From an uncultured Clostridia bacterium (GTDB taxonomy: Bacteria; Bacillota; Clostridia; Christensenellales; UBA1242), in the NCBI GenBank assembly GCA_944349765.1, contig CALVNN010000007.1, forward strand, positions 246 through 32,245: DNA of 32,000 bases, in the 5' to 3' direction. The position numbers were made by a program, and so were the translations under genes. Position 1 is the first letter of the stretch, and every line of letters begins with the position of its first letter. A model generated the notes under the pieces. The model ran no database searches, was not told where the DNA came from, and worked only from the letters and a program-made list of their open reading frames with translations. Positions 21,851 through 31,606 of this stretch are shown piece by piece.

Positions 21851-24800
21851 TTAACCCTCACTAGCATTTTTAATCGCATCAGAAAGCTTAACTGATACTA
21901 TCTTTGACACACCTTTTTCTTCCATAGTAACACCGTACAAACTATCAGCAAGTTCCATTGTAGGTTTACGGTGCGTAATTACTATAAATTGAGTCTCGTT
22001 AGAGAACTTCTTTAAATAATTAGCAAAACGTGTGATATTGGCATCGTCAAGTGCCGCTTCTATTTCGTCTAGCAAACAGAATGGCATAGGACGAAGTTTT
22101 AGTATCGCAAAGAGTATCGCTATAGCTGTCAATGTCTTCTCGCCACCACTCATAAGCGTCATAGCTTGCAATTTTTTACCAGGAGGCTCTGCAACTATCT
22201 CCACACCTGCTGAGAGCGGATCATCACTTTCAAGTAGCTCAAGTCTAGCAGAACCGCCACCAAACAATTGCGAAAAGATTTTAGTGAAGTTTGCATTGAT
22301 AATATTAAATTTCTCATTAAAAATAGTGATCATTTCATTACTTAATTCACTAATTATTTGCCTAAACTCCTCTTCAGCTTTGATAAGGTCATCAGCTTGG
22401 GCAGTCATCTCTTCATAACGACCACTAACAAGCTTATATTCCTCAATAGCATTTACGTTTATGCTACCTAGCTTACTTATTTCACGTTTTAATTCAGCCA
22501 CCCTTTGATACCCAGCAGTTATATCATAATCAGCTTGCTTTAAAGGTAGACACGTCTCATAAGTTAGCTTATATTCTTCATAGATTCTATCTTGCATTAA
22601 TTGCAAATCGCTATCAACCTTTTGTAAATTCATTTCTTGAGTCATACGTTTTTTGTTTAATGCATTGATATTATCCATAAGCTCCGAACGCTTAACATCA
22701 AGCACCTTCATATCCTCTTGGATATCAATCTTGCCTTGCTCTAATTTTGATACCTTGTACCTAATCTCTTCTAGTAGCTTTTCTTGCTTCTCTTGTTTTT
22801 CAGCATTAGCTCCGCCTTCAACGCTTGAATACAAGTCTTTAATAGCCTTTTTATTGCTCTCAATAGCATTAAGTTCTAGCTCTTTTTTAGCATTCAATTC
22901 TTCATTTTCAGCTTGCAATCTCTCAATATCATTTTCTAAAGAACGAATATCGCTTTCAATAGAGACTATTTTTATTCTTAGTTCATTGGTTGTCTTATTG
23001 TAATTTTCCTTTTGTTCTTTCAAGCTATCAAATACTTCAAGTCTAGCTTTGTTTGTCTCTCCAGCTGTAATTCTTGCATTGGTAATAGTTGTCTCAAGCT
23101 CATCAATGGATTTAAGCTCATTTTCTATAAATTTTATACGAATAGATGACTGCTCTATATCATTATTTATTGTGTTAATCTCTTCTTCAAGTCTAGCATT
23201 AAAGTCCTCGTATCTAGCTCGTTTTTCAAAAACGCCAGCAAAATCCACTTGTATTTTATTTAGCTCAGCACTTTTTGACTCAAACTGGCTATTAAGATTA
23301 TTCCTTTCATAATTTAGCTTGTCAAGATTTAGCTGTAAATCCCCTATCTTCTTGGTTAATTCGTCTATCTCTTCGCTTAACCTTTCTATCTCTCTATCAC
23401 GAGACAATAAGTTGGTCACTTCACTCTTCTTACTACCACCAGTAAGCGAACCGGCAGGGTTAATTATATCGCCCTCTAAAGTCACTACCCTAAATGAATA
23501 ATTGCACTTTTTTGAAAGTTCCACAGCAGAATTTAAGTCTTCAGCTATAACAGTCGCTCCTAATAATCCTTCAAAAACTCTATTTAAGCTACTATCATAT
23601 TCAATCAAAGTATTAGCAATACCTAAAATACCATTTGATTTAATTGCACCTAAATACTTAGGGTCAATGCTTCTAGGTTTTATACTATTCAAAGGTAAAA
23701 ATGTAGCTCTACCGTATTTTTTCTCTTTTAGATAATTAATCAATACCTTGGCATCATCTTCATTTTTTGTAATGATATTTTGCAATGCACTTCCTAAAGC
23801 CATCTCTATAGCGGTCTCTAATTTTGCTGGTACTTTTATACATTGAGCTACTACACCTACTATATTTTTATTAAGTCCAGCATTTGCATTAGCATCTTGC
23901 AATAGTTTTTTGACACTGCCTGCATAACCTTCAAAGTCGGCTTGCATATCGCTAATAATATTTTTTCTATTAGTAGACACCTGTAATCTGGTCTTGCTTT
24001 CAGATAAATCTCTGTCTAGCAGTTTGATTTTTAAATCATAATCGGCTAATTTATTTCGAGCATCACTAACAAAACTTTCTAATTTGGATTTTTTATCATC
24101 CACTTCACCATTATCTCTATTGATGATATTTATCTGTTCTTCATTGGTAATTATTTTTTGCTTAATAGCATCTATCTTTTCTTGATTTTCTTTATTAAGC
24201 CTTAATAGTACCTCTTTTTCAGTATTTAGCTTAGACATATTAGCTTTAATTTCGGTTAGTTTCTCTAAAGCATCTATGACTTCATTATTAGCCTGTTCGT
24301 TAGCATCCTCACTTTGAGTAAGTTCTCCGACTATTTTTAGATACTTAGAAGTCAATTCTTTTTCTTCACGCTCCATATCAGCTAATTGAGTCTTAAGTAC
24401 AGAAATTTTTTCATTGTTTTCAGCAATAGTCTGTTCGTTTAGACGTATTTCCTCACTAAATTCGTTAGCTTGTCCTTCACTTCTAGCTATTTGTTCATTC
24501 AAGAAATTAATACGCTCTTTTAGCAAAGTATTATCACTAGAAAATTTTTGAATCTTTAGTGATATATTGAGAATTTGTTCGTTCGCTTCCTTAATATCAT
24601 CATCAAACTTTTTTAAATTCTCCATATTATCGTTGTATCTTTTGATAACACTATTTAAATCAGCTTCTCTTAGGGACAACTCTTGATCTAGACCTGCAAT
24701 GACATCATTTATTTTTTGTCTAGCTTCGTTAGCATTTTCATATTGATTTATGTAGAGATTTACTTCGTGATTTTTCAATTCACCTTTAAACTCTAGGTAT

Positions 24801-25441
24801 TTCTTTGCGTTTTCACTTTGTGTCTTTAAAGGTCCAACCTGCCTTTCAATTTCTGCTATAATGTCATTTAGTCTGGTCAAATTTTCGTGAGTTCTCTCTA
24901 ATTTCCTCTCAGCATCAATTTTTCTTGCTTTAAATTTTGCTATACCAGCAGCCTCTTCAAAGATACCACGTCTATCTTCAGGCTTGCTTGATATTATCTG
25001 CTCTACTCTACCCTGACCAATAATAGAGTATCCTTCCTTACCTATACCACTATCGTGTAGTAGGTCGGTAATATCCTTTAGTCGGACATTGTTTTTATTT
25101 ATTAGATATTCACTATTACCCGATCTGTACAATTTTCTTGTTAATACTACTTCATCATAGTCAATATTAAAGATACGAGTAGTATTATCAAATACAAGCG
25201 ACACTTCACAATATGAAAGACTTTTTCTCTTTTGAGTTCCTTTAAAAATAACATCCTGCATTGAAGACCCACGCAAAAGCTTTGAGCTTTGTTCACCCAA
25301 AACCCAACGAATAGCATCAGCCACGTTACTCTTACCGCAACCATTAGGCCCGACAATTGCCGTAATGCCTGAATCAAATTTTATTTCAAGTCTATCGGCA
25401 AAGGATTTAAACCCTGCCACATCAATCTCTTTGAATATCAA
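21851..25441 (-). CDS. smc: chromosome segregation protein SMC
   Basis: 1196 aa. Walker A GPNGCGKSN, long coiled coils with a hinge, and C-terminal signature LSGGEK plus Walker B LLDEIEAALD. TTG start overlaps the rnc stop (TTGA). Confidence 0.96.
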   Translation of the reverse strand: MIFKEIDVAGFKSFADRLEIKFDSGITAIVGPNGCGKSNVADAIRWVLGEQSSKLLRGSSMQDVIFKGTQKRKSLSYCEVSLVFDNTTRIFNIDYDEVVLTRKLYRSGNSEYLINKNNVRLKDITDLLHDSGIGKEGYSIIGQGRVEQIISSKPEDRRGIFEEAAGIAKFKARKIDAERKLERTHENLTRLNDIIAEIERQVGPLKTQSENAKKYLEFKGELKNHEVNLYINQYENANEARQKINDVIAGLDQELSLREADLNSVIKRYNDNMENLKKFDDDIKEANEQILNISLKIQKFSSDNTLLKERINFLNEQIARSEGQANEFSEEIRLNEQTIAENNEKISVLKTQLADMEREEKELTSKYLKIVGELTQSEDANEQANNEVIDALEKLTEIKANMSKLNTEKEVLLRLNKENQEKIDAIKQKIITNEEQINIINRDNGEVDDKKSKLESFVSDARNKLADYDLKIKLLDRDLSESKTRLQVSTNRKNIISDMQADFEGYAGSVKKLLQDANANAGLNKNIVGVVAQCIKVPAKLETAIEMALGSALQNIITKNEDDAKVLINYLKEKKYGRATFLPLNSIKPRSIDPKYLGAIKSNGILGIANTLIEYDSSLNRVFEGLLGATVIAEDLNSAVELSKKCNYSFRVVTLEGDIINPAGSLTGGSKKSEVTNLLSRDREIERLSEEIDELTKKIGDLQLNLDKLNYERNNLNSQFESKSAELNKIQVDFAGVFEKRARYEDFNARLEEEINTINNDIEQSSIRIKFIENELKSIDELETTITNARITAGETNKARLEVFDSLKEQKENYNKTTNELRIKIVSIESDIRSLENDIERLQAENEELNAKKELELNAIESNKKAIKDLYSSVEGGANAEKQEKQEKLLEEIRYKVSKLEQGKIDIQEDMKVLDVKRSELMDNINALNKKRMTQEMNLQKVDSDLQLMQDRIYEEYKLTYETCLPLKQADYDITAGYQRVAELKREISKLGSINVNAIEEYKLVSGRYEEMTAQADDLIKAEEEFRQIISELSNEMITIFNEKFNIINANFTKIFSQLFGGGSARLELLESDDPLSAGVEIVAEPPGKKLQAMTLMSGGEKTLTAIAILFAILKLRPMPFCLLDEIEAALDDANITRFANYLKKFSNETQFIVITHRKPTMELADSLYGVTMEEKGVSKIVSVKLSDAIKNASEG

Positions 25442-26079
25442 AGTGTTTCCCCTTTTAATATTATTAAAGCTTTCTCAGCTGCTTTTTGCTCTGATTCTCG
25501 CTTACTACTACCTGTCGCTTGACTTATACACTTATCTTTAAGTAGCAAATGAGTCTCAAATATAGGATTATGGCTCTCACCACCTATCTGCTCTGTCTTG
25601 TAATTTATATAATTCACGCCTTCTTGCTGAATAAGCTCTTGCAATTCACTCTTAAAATCTATTATCTTTCGCCCTAAATCAATATGTTTGAATATAAAAT
25701 CTTTTGCAACTTCTATGCCACCATCTAAATACAATGCACCTATAATAGCTTCACACAAATCACATTTTATGGAAGGTGTAATGTTTGATTTTAAATGGTT
25801 ACCCGCCTTAAGATAAGAGACGACTTTTAATCTATCAATTGCATCTGATAAATTCACTTCGCACACAATATCTGCTTTTCTCTTAGTCATCTCACCTTCA
25901 TCTTGTCCTAAGCCATACAAATATTCTGCTATCACAAACCCAAGGACGCTATCACCCAAAAACTCGAGTTTCTCATTATTATCACTAGATATTGAGCTAT
26001 GAGTAAAAGCTCTACTAATTAGACTTTTGTCTTTAAAACTGTATCCTAGTAATTTTTCTACTTCATCAGCTTCAAACAT
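25438..26079 (-). CDS. rnc: ribonuclease III
   Basis: Signature EKLEFLGDSVL plus a C-terminal dsRBD. Start reassigned to ATG 26079 (MFEADEV), which has an AAGGA SD and overlaps the plsX stop in ATGTTTGA. Confidence 0.92.
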   Translation of the reverse strand: MFEADEVEKLLGYSFKDKSLISRAFTHSSISSDNNEKLEFLGDSVLGFVIAEYLYGLGQDEGEMTKRKADIVCEVNLSDAIDRLKVVSYLKAGNHLKSNITPSIKCDLCEAIIGALYLDGGIEVAKDFIFKHIDLGRKIIDFKSELQELIQQEGVNYINYKTEQIGGESHNPIFETHLLLKDKCISQATGSSKRESEQKAAEKALIILKGETL

Positions 26080-27082
26080 TTTTATCATCCTTAAGTATTG
26101 CATTACGTATTTTATCAACAAGCCCCACTTTATAAAAAGTAACTACTTGATTGATACTTTGATATATGCTGTATGCGTTGCTACTACCATGTGACTTAAT
26201 GACTACATTATTGATACCCAAAAGCGGTGCGCCACCATAAGCGTGATAATCCATCATAGTCTTTACGTCCATTAAGGAATTTTTGAGTAGTAATCCGCCT
26301 ATTTTGGATTTGGTATTTTTATTTATAGCATTCTTGATCAGTTTCATCATCATAGCCGCTGTACCCTCTATTGATTTTATAAGTACATTACCAGCAAAAC
26401 CATCTGTAACAATCACATCATAATCACCACTAAGAGCGTACCTAGCCTCCAAATTACCTACAAAATTTATATCCATTTCTTTTAGTAATTGAAAAGCTTT
26501 TTTGGTCATCTCATTACCTTTTTTATCTTCATCGCCTACGCTTAAAAGTCCTATTCTAGGTTTTTCAATGCCATATACTTCACGCATAAAAATGTCACCA
26601 ATTCTAGCAAATTGAGCTAAATTTTTCTCATTGCTATCCATATTAGCTCCGCAATCTATAATCAGTACTTTCCCTTTTGTTATAGTTGGAAATATAGGTG
26701 CTAAAGCCGGTCTTAATACACCTTTTATCCTACCCAGCTTCAAAAATGCTCCAGTCAATACTGCCCCTGTACTTCCAGCCGACACAAAACCAGCATACTC
26801 TGGATGTGCTTTTAATTCGTTCAGACTAACCACCAAACTTGAATCGGTCTTTGTCTTAATAGCCTCAACAGGTGCTTCATTATTCGTAATAACATCTTTT
26901 GCATCTATAATTGTAATTCTATCTAATGGGCAATTATTGTCAGTTAGTTGCTGTCTAACAACATCCTCTTGTCCAACCAAAATAATTTCTAGATCGTCTA
27001 TATTTTCTAGAGCTTGCTTGCATCCTAATATTACTTCCTTAGGTGCCTTATCGCCACCAAAAGCATCAACAACAACTTTCAT
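26072..27082 (-). CDS. plsX: phosphate acyltransferase PlsX
   Basis: MKVVVDAFGGDKAP N-terminus typical of PlsX. Start reassigned to ATG 27082 with an AAGGAG SD, because the ORF-track start at 27145 overlaps the promoter. Confidence 0.93.
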   Translation of the reverse strand: MKVVVDAFGGDKAPKEVILGCKQALENIDDLEIILVGQEDVVRQQLTDNNCPLDRITIIDAKDVITNNEAPVEAIKTKTDSSLVVSLNELKAHPEYAGFVSAGSTGAVLTGAFLKLGRIKGVLRPALAPIFPTITKGKVLIIDCGANMDSNEKNLAQFARIGDIFMREVYGIEKPRIGLLSVGDEDKKGNEMTKKAFQLLKEMDINFVGNLEARYALSGDYDVIVTDGFAGNVLIKSIEGTAAMMMKLIKNAINKNTKSKIGGLLLKNSLMDVKTMMDYHAYGGAPLLGINNVVIKSHGSSNAYSIYQSINQVVTFYKVGLVDKIRNAILKDDKNV

Positions 27083-27116
27083 TTTATACTCCTTACAATA
27101 CAAATAAGTTAAAATT

Positions 27117-27145
27117 ATTATATCATAAATACTGTAATAATTCAA
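27117..27145 (-). promoter_or_regulatory. promoter of plsX-rnc-smc-ftsY operon
   Basis: On the minus strand: TTGAAT, 17 nt, TATAAT. Confidence 0.55.
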
Positions 27146-27199
27146 TAAATTTAAAATAATTTCGAGTTAAAACCAAAAATAAACAATAATGTATTTTTA

Positions 27200-27240
27200 A
27201 AAAGAAAACCCACAAATTAAGACTTGCTTACTTGTGGGTT
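27200..27240 (-). terminator. intrinsic terminator after rpmF
   Basis: AACCCACAA / TTGTGGGTT stem followed by TTCTTTTT on the minus strand. Confidence 0.75.
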
Positions 27241-27255
27241 GAATTTCTTACTAAA

Positions 27256-27447
27256 TTACTTTTTGTCTTCTTCAATAGCTTTAACTTGTCTACCATCGTA
27301 GTAACCACAGTTACCGCATACTCTGTGAGACTCTTTCAAAGCATGGCAATGACCACACTCTACTAGATTTGGTGCGGTAGCCTTACTATTTTGGAAACGT
27401 CTCTTGTCGCGTCTAGCCTTAGAAACTTTCTTTTTTGGCTCTATCAT
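27256..27447 (-). CDS. rpmF: 50S ribosomal protein L32
   Basis: 63 aa. KKVSKARRDKRR N-terminus and a CxxC..CxxC zinc ribbon (CGHC...CGNCG). Confidence 0.92.
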   Translation of the reverse strand: MIEPKKKVSKARRDKRRFQNSKATAPNLVECGHCHALKESHRVCGNCGYYDGRQVKAIEEDKK

Positions 27448-27498
27448 ATTGACCTCCGTATATTGTCACTTTTAACTTAATTTTTTAAATACTATGTT

Positions 27499-27527
27499 AG
27501 TATAACTAAAACATAGATTTTTGTCAA
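27499..27527 (-). promoter_or_regulatory. promoter of rpmF
   Basis: On the minus strand: TTGACA, 17 nt, TATACT. GGAGG SD before the ATG. Confidence 0.6.
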
Positions 27528-27563
27528 GGTTTTTTTATGTCTTTTTACAATATTTTGATTACT

Positions 27564-28358
27564 TCAATCTTCTATTTGCAAAATTTTCTTGATTTCAGGC
27601 ATCATTTCAATAGTCTTTTGATATCCTGCTTGAATAGCTTTTTCGGTGCACGCTTTCTTAAAATCCATCATTGTAAGACCAGTCAAGTCTGGTCGTATAA
27701 CAATATCAGCATCCTTAATTTTTAGACGATTTAGCTCTAATTGCGAAATGTGAAAAGCGTTAAATAATACTCCTAACATTTTTTTGTTATTGGCTCTAAT
27801 TGAGCCGTAATTAATTACGTCTACTGCTATAAAGATTTCAGCGCCCATTTTCTTAGCTAAATCAACTGGAACATTCTCAGCCAGCCCGCCATCTACTAGC
27901 AATTTTCCTTCTTTCTCAAAAGGAGCAAAGACACCTGGTACCGACATACTCGCTCTTACCGCTTCCCATAATTTACCACTTGTTATATACTCAAGTTCTC
28001 CGTTAACTAGATTGATAGAGACAGCCCCAAAAGGTATCTTGCATTTATCTATAGTCTCTTCGCCAAAAACAGTCTTAAGGTATCTATCGGCTTTCTTGCC
28101 TACTAATATGGAATTTTTCCACAAAGGAAACAATCTCAAATCCGCAAATTTGAGTCTGCTAAAACTAAGTGCTTTTTCTTCTATCATCTTCAAATCTTTG
28201 GTGTAAGCATACGCACCGCCAACTACTGCACCCATACTAGTGCCAGTAATGATATCAAAATGTATATCATTCTCCTCTAATGCTTTTAAAACTCCAATAT
28301 GTGCAAACCCCAAGCTTGAACCGCCACCTAAACACAACGCCACTTTCTTTCTTATCAT
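27564..28358 (-). CDS. patatin-like phospholipase (YlbK-like)
   Basis: 264 aa. GGGSSLG oxyanion motif, GTSMG (GxSxG) nucleophile and DGG catalytic Asp motif. Positioned between a ylbJ-like gene and rpmF, as ylbK is in Bacillus subtilis. Confidence 0.9.
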   Translation of the reverse strand: MIRKKVALCLGGGSSLGFAHIGVLKALEENDIHFDIITGTSMGAVVGGAYAYTKDLKMIEEKALSFSRLKFADLRLFPLWKNSILVGKKADRYLKTVFGEETIDKCKIPFGAVSINLVNGELEYITSGKLWEAVRASMSVPGVFAPFEKEGKLLVDGGLAENVPVDLAKKMGAEIFIAVDVINYGSIRANNKKMLGVLFNAFHISQLELNRLKIKDADIVIRPDLTGLTMMDFKKACTEKAIQAGYQKTIEMMPEIKKILQIED

Positions 28359-28379
28359 AATTAGTTACCTCTTATGAAT

Positions 28380-28408
28380 ATAATATCATACTATGAAACA
28401 AAATTCAA
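28380..28408 (-). promoter_or_regulatory. promoter of patatin-like gene, lying partly inside the divergent gene's first codons
   Basis: On the minus strand: TTGAAT, 17 nt, TATTAT, followed by AAGAGG SD and ATG 28358. Confidence 0.45.
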
Positions 28409-29340
28409 ATCATATGATTAAAATAAATAAAATTTTTAAGACAAGCCTTGCCTTGATAACAGTTGGGCTTATGCTATTTGCGCTCATTAAACCCGATTTC
28501 TATATCTCTTCAGCTTATAGTGCACTTATATTATGGGCGACCAACCTACTTCCCGCACTATTTCCTTTTTTCGTATTCACAAAAATCATTGTAGAGTTAA
28601 ATGTATTAAAGCCCTTGTCTAGGATCACTGCACCTATTATGAATTCACTGTTCCGAACGGGTAAAAATAGCGGTTATTTGTACCTAGTAAGTCTACTTTG
28701 TGGCTACCCAATAGGTAGCAAAATTATTGTAGATGCTTACAATAACGGACAAATAAATTATGTGGAATTGCACAGATCAACTGCCCTTACTAGTGTGTCA
28801 GGACCACTATTTATAGTAGGTACAGTCGGCATAAATATGCTAAGCAACTCAAAAATAGGTTATATAATTTTACTAGCTCAAGTACTAACTTCTATAATAA
28901 ATGGATTATTATACCGCAATTACACACCCAAAAATATACCAAATCATACATCCCCTGAATTGCAAGGAGGAAAAAGCAATCTTTTAGTAAGCTCCATAAA
29001 TAGTTCTATTCAATCAATACTATTAATTGGCGGGCTTGTAACTGTCTTTTTTGTAGGAATTGAAGTACTAAATAGTATCATTCCATTACCACCTCTGACG
29101 CAAGGCTTAATAGAATTAACAAAAGGCTGTTATGAGGTAGCGTTATTTAACTATTCGCCTGAAATTGCGGCCACATTATGTAGTGTACTGATTGCTTTTG
29201 GTGGTTTTTGTATTCACGCTCAAAGTTACTACTTTTTAAGTCAAGCTGGAGTTAGCTACGGATTTTTCTTCGCCCAAAAATGTACTCAAATGCTCATTTC
29301 AGCAGTTGTTACATACATACTAGCTATCTTAATGTTATAA
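28393..29340 (+). CDS. integral membrane protein, YlbJ-like (nucleoside-recognition/gate-domain type)
   Basis: 315 aa with many TM segments. Its synteny with ylbK-like and rpmF matches the B. subtilis ylbJ-ylbK...rpmF region. The family call is from memory only. Confidence 0.65.
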   Translation: MKQNSNHMIKINKIFKTSLALITVGLMLFALIKPDFYISSAYSALILWATNLLPALFPFFVFTKIIVELNVLKPLSRITAPIMNSLFRTGKNSGYLYLVSLLCGYPIGSKIIVDAYNNGQINYVELHRSTALTSVSGPLFIVGTVGINMLSNSKIGYIILLAQVLTSIINGLLYRNYTPKNIPNHTSPELQGGKSNLLVSSINSSIQSILLIGGLVTVFFVGIEVLNSIIPLPPLTQGLIELTKGCYEVALFNYSPEIAATLCSVLIAFGGFCIHAQSYYFLSQAGVSYGFFFAQKCTQMLISAVVTYILAILML

Positions 29341-29398
29341 AAAAAGATGCCTAAATGAAGCACCACTACACTTAGTACGCTTCACTATGCATCTTTTT
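29341..29398. terminator. bidirectional two-tier hairpin terminator
   Basis: Outer stem AAAAGATGC / GCATCTTTT and inner stem TGAAGC / GCTTCA, with an A-run and a T-run on the flanks. Confidence 0.6.
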
Positions 29399-29400
29399 AT

Positions 29401-31041
29401 TTACTCCAAACTTATTAAATAATAATATACAGGTTGTCCGCCCTCAATAATATTTATATCGCACAATGGATATTTTTCTTCCAGAGCAGATTTAAGATGT
29501 TCAGCATCACCAGTAGACACCTCATTACCATAGAATAAGGTAATGTTAACCACATCTTCATCCATCATTTTGTCAATTAAGTCAATAGTTGTATCTTCGA
29601 CAGAAATACCTTTAGTAAGGATTTGCTTGCCGTCAAGTCCCATAATTTCACCAATAGATAAGTCAAAGCCATCAATACTAGTGTCACGAACAGCATAAGT
29701 CACAGAGGCACTCTTAGTACTCTCTATAGCTGTATTCATAGCTTCAATATTATCCTCTAAAGAGCCTTCACTATTGAAAGCTAAGCACGAAGATACACCC
29801 TCAGGGATACTAGTAGTAGGGATAACGTGTATAGTCCTATCCTTAACCAAACCCTTTGCCTGCTCAGCAGCTAAAATGATATTTTTGTTATTAGGGAATA
29901 CAAAAACGTCTTTCGCATTAACTTTCATTACTGCGTTAGCAACATCCTCAGCACTAGGGTTCATAGTTTGCCCACCTGTAATAATTCCGTCCACCAAAAG
30001 CTCTTTGAATACTTGAGAAATACCCTCACCAGGGCTTACAGCCACCATACCAAAAGGTTTCATATTTGTCATAAAGGTACTCTTATTTCTAAGAACACGA
30101 TTTTGCTCTCTCATATTCTCTATCTTAAGGTTGTACAATTCACCTAATTCAAGAGCATAGCCTAAAGCCTTATTTGGCTCATTTGTGTGAACGTGGACTT
30201 TAACAAGGCTCAAATCACCTATACAAAGCACGCAATCACCTATAGCTAAGAGCTTTTCTCTTAACTTATCAATGTCACTTTCAGTAGCTTGAGGCTTAAT
30301 TTGGATAACCATAAATTCAGTACAATAACCGTATACTATCTCTTCCAAATCTTCCAAATTAGCATGGAATTGCTCATTAGCATCCATTGGTGATACACTA
30401 TCTTCAAAAGTGTACTCAAAGTCATAATCTTCAGTAATAGCTCTATAAAAGCCAGTGAAAAATACTATAAGCCCACGACCACCAGAGTCCACAACTCCAG
30501 CCTTCTTAAGCACAGGCAACATATCAGGTGTTTGCTGAAGCACTTTTTCACCCTCTTCTAGAACCAACTTGAAAAATTCTTCAAAATCAGACACTTTCTT
30601 AGAGATAGTATTAGCAGCATCAGCTAAGGCTCTAATAATAGTAAGCATAGTACCTTCTTTAGGCTTAGTAACTGCTTTATAAGCTATCTCGCAACCTTCC
30701 TTAAACGCTTTAGCAAAGACCTTTGTGGTCAAATTTTCCGTAGCACCAGTCACATTACTGATACCTTTCAATATTTGTGACAAAATAACGCCACTATTAC
30801 CTCTAGCACCTTTCAAAGCACCTTTTGCTATACTTGTACTAACTTCACTTAAAGCATTTGATCCACAATTATTTACTTCATTAGCTGTACTCTTTAAAGT
30901 TAAAGCCATATTTGTACCTGTATCACCATCAGGAACAGGAAAAACGTTAAGAGCATCTATGGTCTTCTTACTCTCCTCGACACAAGATGCACCTGCAATA
31001 ATCATTCTTTTAAGGGTCGCCCCATTTATAGTTTTAAGCAT
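29401..31041 (-). CDS. fakA: DAK2-domain fatty acid kinase subunit FakA (YloV family)
   Basis: 546 aa. DGDTGTNM, GARGNSGVILSQ, DSGGRG, YGYCTEF, GGQTMNPS and a C-terminal EGGQPVYYY block, collinear with YloV/FakA. Confidence 0.85.
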   Translation of the reverse strand: MLKTINGATLKRMIIAGASCVEESKKTIDALNVFPVPDGDTGTNMALTLKSTANEVNNCGSNALSEVSTSIAKGALKGARGNSGVILSQILKGISNVTGATENLTTKVFAKAFKEGCEIAYKAVTKPKEGTMLTIIRALADAANTISKKVSDFEEFFKLVLEEGEKVLQQTPDMLPVLKKAGVVDSGGRGLIVFFTGFYRAITEDYDFEYTFEDSVSPMDANEQFHANLEDLEEIVYGYCTEFMVIQIKPQATESDIDKLREKLLAIGDCVLCIGDLSLVKVHVHTNEPNKALGYALELGELYNLKIENMREQNRVLRNKSTFMTNMKPFGMVAVSPGEGISQVFKELLVDGIITGGQTMNPSAEDVANAVMKVNAKDVFVFPNNKNIILAAEQAKGLVKDRTIHVIPTTSIPEGVSSCLAFNSEGSLEDNIEAMNTAIESTKSASVTYAVRDTSIDGFDLSIGEIMGLDGKQILTKGISVEDTTIDLIDKMMDEDVVNITLFYGNEVSTGDAEHLKSALEEKYPLCDINIIEGGQPVYYYLISLE

Positions 31042-31151
31042 AAAAATGCATTTCCTCCAATCAAATTAAGAGAAGTAATTCAATGCCTTTTATCCAAAAT
31101 TGTAATCGCTACTTCCCTCTAAATTAAATAAGTCAAAGTCATCAAACAATC

Positions 31152-31505
31152 TTAAACATGTATGCCTACAACATGTACATTAACACTGTCAACGATCATA
31201 CCTGTAAAGTCCTCAACATTATACTTTACAGTGTCTTTTAAACTTTTGGCAACTGCATTTATGCTTACACCATATTTAAAAATAACATACAAGTCAATCA
31301 CAATACGATTTTGATTGGCTCTAATCTTGACACCTCTAGCATACTTATAAGACTTGTTAAGAAGCTCACGAAAGCTTTCAAATATGTCTCGATTGACAAG
31401 ATTAACAACGCCATAACAATCCGTAGCACAAGCATAGGTAACCATAGCAATGGCCCTATCAGTAATAGTTATATCTCCATATGCGTTAGTTGTTTTACTA
31501 ACCAT
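31152..31505 (-). CDS. Asp23/Gls24 family envelope stress protein (YloU-like)
   Basis: 117 aa. Asp23-type sequence (GDITITDRAIAMV...GVKI...VDLYV...V) located directly upstream of fakA/yloV, as in Bacillus. Confidence 0.85.
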   Translation of the reverse strand: MVSKTTNAYGDITITDRAIAMVTYACATDCYGVVNLVNRDIFESFRELLNKSYKYARGVKIRANQNRIVIDLYVIFKYGVSINAVAKSLKDTVKYNVEDFTGMIVDSVNVHVVGIHV

Positions 31506-31537
31506 CTTAAGCTCCTTTAAATAAACTTTACTCCCTT

Positions 31538-31566
31538 ATAATACTATAAAATAAATATTATTGCAA
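31538..31566 (-). promoter_or_regulatory. promoter of asp23-fakA operon
   Basis: On the minus strand: TTGCAA, 17 nt, TATTAT. AAGGAG SD. Confidence 0.5.
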
Positions 31567-31606
31567 GTGGTACGCATAATTTTTTTCACAAAAAATCAAA
31601 AAAGCC

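Noticed and set aside
22032-23735. Series of five plus-strand ORFs (60-128 aa) tiled across smc
   Set aside because: These are antisense reading of the Glu/Lys/Leu-rich coiled-coil codons, giving Ser/Leu/Phe-rich open frames. There are no start signals, and smc on the other strand is unambiguous.
26080-26121. Longer ORF-track N-termini for rnc (26121), plsX (27145), ORF 8434 (8928) and the membrane protein (7115, TTG)
   Set aside because: The extensions lack an SD, overlap the promoters I identified or the upstream gene, and add non-conserved residues. Internal ATGs with good SDs match the conserved N-termini (MKVVVDAFGGD for PlsX, MFEADEVEKLLGY for RNase III).
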